Both the position numbers and the translations under genes were made by a program. Of a DNA stretch of 27,005 bases, positions 16,305 to 24,181 are shown piece after piece. This stretch comes from Candidatus Bathyarchaeia archaeon (GTDB lineage Archaea > Thermoproteota > Bathyarchaeia > Bathyarchaeales > Bathycorpusculaceae). Within the stretch, counting starts at the first letter, position 1. Each line of letters starts with the position of its first letter. Below the pieces are notes generated by a model. That model was not told the DNA's origin. It worked only from the letters and a program-made list of their open reading frames with translations, and did not search any database. The stretch spans positions 1-27,005 of the forward strand of contig JBBFKZ010000021.1 in NCBI GenBank assembly GCA_037481775.1. The letters are read 5' to 3'.

Positions 16305-16640
16305 ATGGTGGAAGAAGCGCAGACGCCAAAAGAATTTTTCGAGCAGATACTACCTCGAAGATTTAAACCTGACAAAGCCGCCAGGGTTGATGTTACGGTT
16401 CAAATCAACATAGAGGGACCTAACGGCGGCAGCTGGGTGGTTACAATAAAGAATCAGAAGATTGAGGTTAAAGAAGGAACACATGCTTCGCCGACGCTGC
16501 TTATCGCGATGGCGGAAAAGGATTATTTGGACGTGGTTAACGGAAAAACAAGCGGTGAGAAAGCCTTTTTCAGCGGGAAGCTTCGGTTTAAGGGTGATCT
16601 CGGTTTAGCTTTGAGGTTGAAGGAAATGGGTTTTCTGTAG
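16305..16640 (+). CDS. SCP2 (sterol carrier protein 2-like) domain protein
   Basis: 111 aa. The C-terminal signature KLRFKGDLGLALRLKEM is typical of the SCP2 fold. AGGTGG lies upstream of the ATG. Confidence 0.65.
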   Translation: MVEEAQTPKEFFEQILPRRFKPDKAARVDVTVQINIEGPNGGSWVVTIKNQKIEVKEGTHASPTLLIAMAEKDYLDVVNGKTSGEKAFFSGKLRFKGDLGLALRLKEMGFL

Positions 16641-16676
16641 CAGGGGGCAAGCGCGGATTAATACGTTGCTGTGTAC

Positions 16677-17228
16677 TCATAACAGCCTGTTATTGTTTCT
16701 ATTCTTTGATTTATTGTCTGGTTTCAAAAGTTGAACGGCGAGGAAAGCTAAAGTTAAGGGCAGAATGCTTTTTTCTTCCTCGAGATTGATTAAGAATGTA
16801 CTCATTTCAGTTATACTTGCACCCATAGCAGTTTTCACATAACTCCTAAATGCATCGTAAGAAGAGTAGTTTTGATGAAGTGAAATGATTGTTGCATCAT
16901 ATCCCAAGCCCATTCCACGTTGAATAAAGATAACACCAAACGGGTCTCTTCCTATCGTTTCAGGATGAGTCTTCCGAAACACTTCAATATGTTCGTGGTT
17001 TAATTTCGGATCAAATTTCAAGAGGTTCAACGCCATTATACTATAGCCTATTTTACAAAAGTTCGGAATAATCGTGTACTCTCGGATATACCCTTCTTTT
17101 TCCAATTTAGATCTAAGCCGTGTGGTGGTGGGTTGCGACGCACCTATGGCCTTTGCCAATTCCCTGTCGCTTCTTCGAGAATTTTTAATAAGTTCAGCAA
17201 GCAATTTCCTCTCTAATTCTTTTAACAA
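16677..17228 (-). CDS. Lrp/AsnC-family transcriptional regulator
   Basis: 183 aa. The N-terminal HTH reads LLAELIKNSRRSDRELAKAIGASQPTTTRLRSKLEKEGYIREY. The start is TTG, preceded by AAAGGAGAAAGGAG. Confidence 0.75.
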   Translation of the reverse strand: MLKELERKLLAELIKNSRRSDRELAKAIGASQPTTTRLRSKLEKEGYIREYTIIPNFCKIGYSIMALNLLKFDPKLNHEHIEVFRKTHPETIGRDPFGVIFIQRGMGLGYDATIISLHQNYSSYDAFRSYVKTAMGASITEMSTFLINLEEEKSILPLTLAFLAVQLLKPDNKSKNRNNNRLL

Positions 17229-17325
17229 TTAGTCTCCTTTCTCCTTTGGATTATGCACCTTAAGTGCCACTATTATGTTACCAAAAAATATTTTCAGATT
17301 CTTATTTATTAACTTGCCGAAATGG

Positions 17326-17862
17326 TTAAAGTTTTGCTATAACTTCTCTTGGCAAGTCTTCTTCGCCTATCTTGAAAGTTTGCGGCTCCTCAATCTTCAG
17401 AATTGCATGTAACGCCTCAGCGTCAAGTTCACAAATAAGCCGTAATATCTCCCTTCTGGCTAATTCGAGGTGCTCCTTGAGCAAATCAGGATTTTCGTGC
17501 AGCATTCCAGCAAGCGCGCAGATCTCTGCGGTTTTCAGATACCACTCTATCTTTCCAGTTTTACGGTTTATGTCAAAAGTAATAGGCCCAGCTCTGCAGG
17601 TTTCGGGTTTTACTGCGTGAACCATGCATTTTCTGGTTTTTTTGTCGTAGAATACGCATATGCCAAGTTCATCTACCACTGGAAAAGAATATTGTTCATG
17701 CGAAAATGGCTTTGGGATGTTGAAATGCTGGTTTTCTATGTATTCTTTGATGATTTTTTGGCGTTTCAGTGTTAGCGGCGGCTTAGCATCTTGGCAGCAT
17801 ATGCGTTTGCATCTGAAACATATATCGGAAGCACAGATTTTTTTCGCAGATTTACCCGGCAT
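17326..17862 (-). CDS. YkgJ/UPF0153-family cysteine-cluster (Zn/Fe-chelating) protein
   Basis: 178 aa. The N-terminal motif is CFRCKRICC (CxxCxxxCC), with further Cys at CVFY, KCMVH and ETCRAGP. The ATG start follows AAAGGTGA, 30 nt after the upstream stop. Confidence 0.65.
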   Translation of the reverse strand: MPGKSAKKICASDICFRCKRICCQDAKPPLTLKRQKIIKEYIENQHFNIPKPFSHEQYSFPVVDELGICVFYDKKTRKCMVHAVKPETCRAGPITFDINRKTGKIEWYLKTAEICALAGMLHENPDLLKEHLELARREILRLICELDAEALHAILKIEEPQTFKIGEEDLPREVIAKL

Positions 17863-17892
17863 ATGGCAAACTCACCTTTCCCTTAGGAGCAC

Positions 17893-19275
17893 TCAGAAGT
17901 AGGGGTGATTATCGGCAAGGCAATTAATAAGCGTTAAATAAACATCCAAGATGGCTTCTTGAAAGCTGGTTTTCTGTGCTCTCTGCAAAACTCTGCTTCT
18001 TATAAGCTCAGATAAATTGCCTTCTTCAATCCGCTTTTTTACTATCCACAAATACTTTTTTTCATCTTCCTCTGCATTTTCAAAGGCTAAATTACATAGA
18101 TGTTGGCAAACTTGCCGTGCTGTTTTGCCTTTCGGATGTGAAACCTCAGCGTTTAATCCATTGGCGATAACTGCGTTGAAGTCTTTTACCAGAAGCTTAT
18201 GCGGCAGAGGTTCTGCATTTTCCACTATTAAACCGCGCAGAGCAGCCCGTATAAAGCAGCTTAAGGCTACATCTGATTTGACGCATTCTTGTTCATCCAT
18301 CACGCGTACTTCTAGCGCTGCGCGATCAAATCTGAAAATCACGCCTCGGGAGTTTATCCATTCTTTGAAAAGAATTGTTTTTCCAGCTCCAAGCGTAGCT
18401 AAGTCTTGCGAGTACCGTTCAATTATTGTTTTCTGATATTGCTCGAAGGAATAGACGTACTCGGGGACAACATCGCCAGTTACTGATGGAACCTCCAATT
18501 GATTTGTCTTGTAAAAATGTAATCTGTTGTCCACATTAGGACCGAAGGCACCCTCGAATATTGGCGAAGACGCGGAGATGGCTGGAATATAAGCACATAA
18601 GCCAGCGAGAAGATTGTGTAGTATTATGCCAGCTTTTTCCTTTGAATAAGGAAGGTTTAGGTGGAAACTTTGGATGTTAAGCCAGCCATGCTGCTTGAGA
18701 TTGAAGATTCTTCCGAGTTCACTGTAAATTTTTCTGTGGCGGTGATGCCAAATGCTTGTTTCTTCAAGCTTAAGTAACGGATGCATCCCTGTTCCAAGAA
18801 GGTACGCTTGATATTTTCTTTTAAGGAAGTCCAGCATTGTTTCCACGGCGCTTTGCATGGTTTCTTCGAAAATTTCAGGCGACCTGAAGGGAGCATTAGC
18901 CTTTATTTCCATAACGTGCAACTGGAGCTCTTTGCCAAACGTGAAGCGCGGCAACTCAACAAAGTTAACGATTCTTCCGTAGAAATCTTTTACGAGCTTA
19001 TCTACGATTGGTAATGCTTGTAACTGCTCGTTAACAATTGAAAACTCGTGCTCTGGACCCAAAACCTCTAGCGGCTTGTACGTAATATTTCCTCTTTTCT
19101 TCTCACGAAACACTCGCTTAGAATAGGCTTTTAATGATTGGTTAATAAGCGTAACTGTGGATTTTTCTTGCTGCCCATGAATCAGTAAGTTTCGCCTAAA
19201 AAACCCTTCAAATAAGCAGACGTCGATTTTGGTTCTTAGTTCAAAAAGGCGCTTCTGTAAATCGGAGAACGGCAA
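17893..19275 (-). CDS. GCS2-family carboxylate-amine ligase (YbdK / gamma-glutamylcysteine ligase-like)
   Basis: 460 aa. By eye it aligns with E. coli YbdK landmarks: LGPEHEFSIV vs LGIELEMQVV, GTGMHP vs GGGTHP, IPAISASSPIFEG vs FIALSAASPYMQG, and ALEVRVMDEQ vs TVEVRVMDTP. The TTG start has no clear SD, so the N-terminal ~70 aa are uncertain. Confidence 0.7.
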   Translation of the reverse strand: MPFSDLQKRLFELRTKIDVCLFEGFFRRNLLIHGQQEKSTVTLINQSLKAYSKRVFREKKRGNITYKPLEVLGPEHEFSIVNEQLQALPIVDKLVKDFYGRIVNFVELPRFTFGKELQLHVMEIKANAPFRSPEIFEETMQSAVETMLDFLKRKYQAYLLGTGMHPLLKLEETSIWHHRHRKIYSELGRIFNLKQHGWLNIQSFHLNLPYSKEKAGIILHNLLAGLCAYIPAISASSPIFEGAFGPNVDNRLHFYKTNQLEVPSVTGDVVPEYVYSFEQYQKTIIERYSQDLATLGAGKTILFKEWINSRGVIFRFDRAALEVRVMDEQECVKSDVALSCFIRAALRGLIVENAEPLPHKLLVKDFNAVIANGLNAEVSHPKGKTARQVCQHLCNLAFENAEEDEKKYLWIVKKRIEEGNLSELIRSRVLQRAQKTSFQEAILDVYLTLINCLADNHPYF

Positions 19276-19418
19276 CTAAATTTGTCATTCACCAAAACTT
19301 GAAGCACAATAGCAGATGCCAGACGTGATACATGAGAAAGGTGTATAGAAACAATTTTAAGAATGGAGGTTTTAATGGTAGCGTAACCCAACTCGAAGGG
19401 TGAATCAATAAATGGATT

Positions 19419-22418
19419 GTGACAATCATGAAGGCGCAGAATGGAAAGAGCAGAAAGGCAAACGGGAAACCGAGTTGGGTTCTGCCGAGTACTGAAGAAC
19501 TCCTCAGCTTACCGGATGATGAGCTTTTTGCTCTTTTAAACACTTCTTTGGCAGGGCTGCCTTCCGAGGAAGCAGAAAGGCGCTTGAGGATTTATGGATA
19601 CAATGAGTTGGCTAAGAAGAAGAAAAGAGCAGCCATTATCGATTTTCTTTCCCACTTTCGAAGCCCCCTTATAATTATATTAATGATTGCAGGTTTGATT
19701 TCAGGCATACTCGGAGAGACCATAAACGTCGCCATCATATTTTCCATTATATTCATCAGCGTAATACTGGATTATTATCAAGAGTCCAAAGCGGAAAAAG
19801 CCGCTGAAATGCTGAAGGAAAAGGTAACTACAACCGCAACGGTTCTCCGGGACGGCGCGAAGCAGGAAGTGAAGCTTTCCGAAATCGTCCCTGGAGACGT
19901 TATATATCTTTCAGCCGGCGACATTACACCTGCAGATGCACGGGTCCTCACTGCAAAAGATCTATTCCTTAATCAATCGTCGCTCACAGGAGAATCGTTT
20001 CCCGTAGAAAAGACCGCGGGGCCGATAAAATCAAAGGGAACTTCAATCACGGAATGGAATAACTGCCTTTTTATGGGAACTTCCGTTGTAAGCGGGACAG
20101 CAACGGCTGTAGTGCTGAAGACTGGAAGCTTCACAGAATATGGAAAAATAGCTAAGAGGCTTGTTGAAAAGGAGCCGGAAACAGAGTTTGAAAAAGGTCT
20201 CAGAGGCTTCGGCTTTCTAATTATGCAAGCCACATTCCTTTTGGTTATATTCGTGTTTTTGATAAACGCACTTTACAAACGGGACATTTTAGAGTCCCTT
20301 CTCTTTGCGGTAGCGCTGGCTGTGGGCTTAACACCAGAACTTTTGCCAATGATTCTTTCAGTTAACCTCTCCAAAGGAGCGCTTGCAATGTCCAGAAAGG
20401 GCGTTATTGTGAAGCGCTTGTCAGCCATAGAAAACTTTGGAAGCATGGATGTTTTGTGCACGGACAAGACGGGCACTCTTACGGAGAACAAAATAAAGCT
20501 TGTACTGCATGTTGACGCGGATGGAAATAATGATGAGAAGGTACTTCTGTATTCATTTCTGAATAGTTTTTACCAAACAGGACTGAAAAGCCCGCTTGAC
20601 GAGGCTATACTCGATTACAAGGATGTTGATGTGAAAGGATATCAGAAGATGGATGAAGTGCCCTTTGACTTTGTGCGGAGACGCGTCTCAGTGGTTGTTG
20701 AGTATGAAAGACAGCGGTTCCTTATAGCGAAAGGCGCTCCTGAAGAAATAAGCAAAGTTTGTTCTTACTATGAGTTAAGCGGGATTGTAGCGGATTTAAC
20801 CGAGGAAATTCATAAAAAAATTGAGCAGAAGTATTATGATTTAAGCTCCGAAGGCTTCAGAGTATTAGGAGTTGCATACAAGAAACTGAAAGAAGAAAAA
20901 ACCGTTTATTCCGTGAATGATGAAAATGACATGGTGTTTCTGGGCTTTGTGGCGTTTCTGGATCCACCTAAAGAAACAGCCCAAGAATCTATACGATTAT
21001 TGAATAAAGCGGGAATAGAGCTGAAGATTCTCACAGGAGACAACGAGTTAGTGGCCAGAAAAACCTGCGAGCATTTAGGTTTTGAGGTAAAAGGAGTTGT
21101 TATAGGAAGCGAAATTGCCCAAATGCATGATGACGCGCTTGCCAGAATCGTCGAGGAAGCAAACATATTTGCGAGAGTGACGCCGGCCCAGAAGGATAGA
21201 ATAATAAACGCGCTGAAAAACAACGGGCATGTCGTTGGTTTTATGGGCGATGGAATTAATGATGCGCCTTCACTGAAAACTGCGGATGTGGGAATTTCTG
21301 TAAACAACGCTGTTGATGTTGCAAAAGAATCAAGTGACATCATACTCTTGCGGAATGACTTGACTGTTCTAGAAGAAGGAGTACTGGAAGGACGAAAAAC
21401 CTTCGGAAACACTATGAAGTATGTCATGATGAGCGTCAGCTCGAACTTCGGCAACATGTTCAGCGTTGCAGGTGCTTCACTATTTCTTCCATTTTTACCT
21501 ATGCTGCCCATACAAATACTCTTGAACAATTTGCTTTATGATCTATCCCAGTCAGCGATAACTACGGACAATGTAGACGAGGAATACGTGGAAAAACCTA
21601 AGCGCTGGGATATTCACTTCATAAGAAACTTTATGATATTCTTGGGGCCGGTTAGCTCAATTTTTGACTTTCTAACATTCTTCATAATGCTGCTGGCTTT
21701 CAGAGCAGCCGAACCACTGTTTCAAACTGCATGGTTCATCGAGTCACTATGCACACAAACCTTGGTTATATTTGTCATCAGAACAAAAAGAACGCCTTTC
21801 TATAAAAGCAAGCCAAGTAAGCTTCTGCTTTTAAGCAGCATGGGCATCGTCGGCTTTGCATTGGTAATGCCCTTCACACCTATAGGCGAATTATTCCATT
21901 TTGTCACGCCGCCGCTTACATTCATTGCCGTTCTGGCAGGCATTATTGGCGCTTACCTATTGCTAGCTGAAACAGTGAAAGAATGGTTCTACAAGCGGTA
22001 TGCTTACCGTCTAGAACAGGTTTTAATTCCGAGAAGACCAGCAGGGTTCTACTTGAGCACTACTGCGCGACTTATACAAGACATGGTAGGAGTAATTTGT
22101 CTGCGAGTTGAAGATGAAATTTCTGTGGATTCGCTGCTTGACGATTTAAAAGGAAGCGTAACCTATCCAGTAAATCACGAATTATTCATACACAATCTTC
22201 AACACCTACGACGCGCAGGGCTAATCAGCTTCAATTGGCAAAAAAGAACCATAAAACGAGAGAAAGCCATAAGAGACTATGTAATGCAGCAAGTGGTTAA
22301 CAGCGAATTTTGGCCAAGAATCGCGAAGGATTGGCGGAAAATCAGCAATACCATCCAAAGTAAGCATGGTAAACTGAACATGGAATATCAGAACGTTTTG
22401 CTAACACAAAAACGCTGA
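19419..22418 (+). CDS. mgtA: Mg2+-importing (MgtA-type) P-type ATPase with a C-terminal extension
   Basis: 999 aa. Motifs LTGESFPVEK, PELLPMILSVNLSKGA, CTDKTGTLT, TGDN and GDGINDAPSL. The start is GTG 19419 or ATG 19428. Confidence 0.85.
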   Translation: MTIMKAQNGKSRKANGKPSWVLPSTEELLSLPDDELFALLNTSLAGLPSEEAERRLRIYGYNELAKKKKRAAIIDFLSHFRSPLIIILMIAGLISGILGETINVAIIFSIIFISVILDYYQESKAEKAAEMLKEKVTTTATVLRDGAKQEVKLSEIVPGDVIYLSAGDITPADARVLTAKDLFLNQSSLTGESFPVEKTAGPIKSKGTSITEWNNCLFMGTSVVSGTATAVVLKTGSFTEYGKIAKRLVEKEPETEFEKGLRGFGFLIMQATFLLVIFVFLINALYKRDILESLLFAVALAVGLTPELLPMILSVNLSKGALAMSRKGVIVKRLSAIENFGSMDVLCTDKTGTLTENKIKLVLHVDADGNNDEKVLLYSFLNSFYQTGLKSPLDEAILDYKDVDVKGYQKMDEVPFDFVRRRVSVVVEYERQRFLIAKGAPEEISKVCSYYELSGIVADLTEEIHKKIEQKYYDLSSEGFRVLGVAYKKLKEEKTVYSVNDENDMVFLGFVAFLDPPKETAQESIRLLNKAGIELKILTGDNELVARKTCEHLGFEVKGVVIGSEIAQMHDDALARIVEEANIFARVTPAQKDRIINALKNNGHVVGFMGDGINDAPSLKTADVGISVNNAVDVAKESSDIILLRNDLTVLEEGVLEGRKTFGNTMKYVMMSVSSNFGNMFSVAGASLFLPFLPMLPIQILLNNLLYDLSQSAITTDNVDEEYVEKPKRWDIHFIRNFMIFLGPVSSIFDFLTFFIMLLAFRAAEPLFQTAWFIESLCTQTLVIFVIRTKRTPFYKSKPSKLLLLSSMGIVGFALVMPFTPIGELFHFVTPPLTFIAVLAGIIGAYLLLAETVKEWFYKRYAYRLEQVLIPRRPAGFYLSTTARLIQDMVGVICLRVEDEISVDSLLDDLKGSVTYPVNHELFIHNLQHLRRAGLISFNWQKRTIKREKAIRDYVMQQVVNSEFWPRIAKDWRKISNTIQSKHGKLNMEYQNVLLTQKR

Positions 22419-22568
22419 GCACAGCTATTGCGTTAAAGTTCAGTATAGAAAGAGTAAACTCCGCTGAGCGCGGCATATCAAAGCGCAAAAATCTGAAAGA
22501 AGCGATTGTTAAAAAATTTAAAAGCATACAGAAATATTTACATAGCTCAGAAAGGTCTGGTTGTAGCG

Positions 22569-23186
22569 ATGTCACCCGCTAAATTCGAATCAAGAAAATT
22601 CGTTTCAGTTGACCCAAGCAAGTGCACGGGCTGCGGAATCTGCGAATACGCTTGCACTCTTGAAAAGGGAGAAGCAGCCTGTAACCCCATAAAGTCAAGA
22701 ATACGTGTCGTCCGAATGACGCCGCTGTTCAATTTTGCGCTTGCCTGCCGATTCTGTGAGGACGCCAAATGTGTAACTGCTTGCCCAGAAAAAGCATTAA
22801 CGCAATCGGAGAAAACTGGCATTTTAACGGTTAACGAAAAGAAATGTAAAGGCTGCGACTGGTGCATACAAGCCTGCCCACACGGCGGCATAACACTTCA
22901 CCCTGAAAAGGGCATCGCGATAGCTTGCGACCTATGTGATGGAGAACCAAAATGCGTTGAATTCTGCCCTGAAGAAGCACTTGAAATCGTATCCACCGAC
23001 ACTGAGGCGGAAGAGCGATTCGGTCGGGCATTGGAGAAACTTCCCGCAGAAATCGAGCGCTTAACCAATGCTGTTAAGAATAAGGATTGGAAGCCGCTGC
23101 TGGCAGAAGCTGAAAAAAGGTCAATAACGGTAACAGAGAAACTTGAGGCATTGAATAAGAAAGCGACTAAAGAGTCGCAGAAGTGA
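22569..23186 (+). CDS. CooF/HycB-like ferredoxin with four [4Fe-4S] motifs
   Basis: Motifs CTGCGICEYAC, CRFCEDAKCVTACP, CKGCDWCIQACP and CDLCDGEPKCVEFCP. I prefer ATG 22569 over the track's TTG 22506, because a tttaaaa TATA-like box lies at about 22517. Confidence 0.8.
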   Translation: MSPAKFESRKFVSVDPSKCTGCGICEYACTLEKGEAACNPIKSRIRVVRMTPLFNFALACRFCEDAKCVTACPEKALTQSEKTGILTVNEKKCKGCDWCIQACPHGGITLHPEKGIAIACDLCDGEPKCVEFCPEEALEIVSTDTEAEERFGRALEKLPAEIERLTNAVKNKDWKPLLAEAEKRSITVTEKLEALNKKATKESQK

Positions 23187-23233
23187 AAAAGCAGAATTTT
23201 CTTGACCAACTAATGCACGAAAAAAGAAGGAGA

Positions 23234-24097
23234 TTATGGTTCTCCTTCGTAGCCCCTCAAGAGTTGGTCGATGTCTTTTCCGTTCTTTTCTCCGTCATAG
23301 CCGCCTTCCAAAACAAAGAATGCGGGTTTTTTCAGCGCCGCGATTCTTTCACCTATTTTTCTAAAGGTTTGCTCAGTCAAGCCAAGGGAAGCTAAATCTC
23401 CAAGATGCGTATCAAAGCCCACTGAAACCGCTACAACCTCGAATATGTCCACATTAATCATGTTTAATGCTTGATCAAGCGTCTCCAAGTAGCGTTGCTC
23501 GCCGCAGTCAGCTGGAAGCGGAAAGTTCAAGCAATTTTCCTCATGATGCAGGCCTGTGCCAGGATAATGTGGATAACGGTGCAGCGAAACGTAAACTACC
23601 TTTTCTTCGCCTCGAAAAATTTCTTGGGTGCCGTTTCCATGGTGACCATCAATATCCAATATCAAAGCGGTTTTGTCGAGGGCTTTCACGGCTATCGCGA
23701 TATTATTTAAGTAACAGAATCCCCGCGTGTAAACACCCAAGGCAGCGCCATGACGCCCGGCATGGTGGCCAGGTGGCCGCATAAGCGAAAAACCGTTAAT
23801 CTGGGCGGCCAAGAGGGCGCCGCCTGCTGCAAGCAATGCGTACTCGTAGATGTTCTCGTACGCTGGCGTGTCTGGGTCTTCAACTAAGCCTTTTTTTAGG
23901 TTCCAGATATAATCGGCTTCGTGGACTCTTAGCAGGTCTTCTTCGGACGCGGCTTCAGGCTCCGCGAACTTGTAATTTTTGTTCTTCAAGAAGTCATAGG
24001 CGATTTTTACTCTTTGGGGGCTTTCAATGTGCCAGCTGCCGTAGTTTAAGCATTTTTCTGAGAAAACTATTTTTGTCTTCATTACCGTTGCATCCAT
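23234..24097 (-). CDS. Histone deacetylase-family (AcuC / acetylpolyamine amidohydrolase-like) Zn-dependent deacetylase
   Basis: Motifs RPPGHHAG, FCYLNNIAIAV, DIDGHHGNGTQEIF, YPGTG, GFDTHLGD and LEGGY. The track's GTG start at 24160 includes a TATA-like tatatttta box. The more likely starts are ATG 24097 or ATG 24082 (MKTKIVFSE). Confidence 0.85.
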   Translation of the reverse strand: MDATVMKTKIVFSEKCLNYGSWHIESPQRVKIAYDFLKNKNYKFAEPEAASEEDLLRVHEADYIWNLKKGLVEDPDTPAYENIYEYALLAAGGALLAAQINGFSLMRPPGHHAGRHGAALGVYTRGFCYLNNIAIAVKALDKTALILDIDGHHGNGTQEIFRGEEKVVYVSLHRYPHYPGTGLHHEENCLNFPLPADCGEQRYLETLDQALNMINVDIFEVVAVSVGFDTHLGDLASLGLTEQTFRKIGERIAALKKPAFFVLEGGYDGEKNGKDIDQLLRGYEGEP

Positions 24098-24181
24098 ACA
24101 TAGATAAGCGACGCTTTTCAAATTAAAATATACCTTCCTCTTTAAAGGTTTAGCGCGCACGAAAAATGGGAGAAGCCGCAG

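Noticed and set aside
19289-19543. An 84-aa minus-strand ORF spanning the GCS2/mgtA intergenic region
   Set aside because: It overlaps the mgtA start and the promoter region and has no RBS or recognisable motifs.
20906-21529. A 207-aa minus-strand ORF antisense to mgtA, along with 19973-20233 and 20273-20491
   Set aside because: These are shadow ORFs inside the P-type ATPase gene, whose motifs (DKTGTLT, GDGINDAP) fix the true frame.
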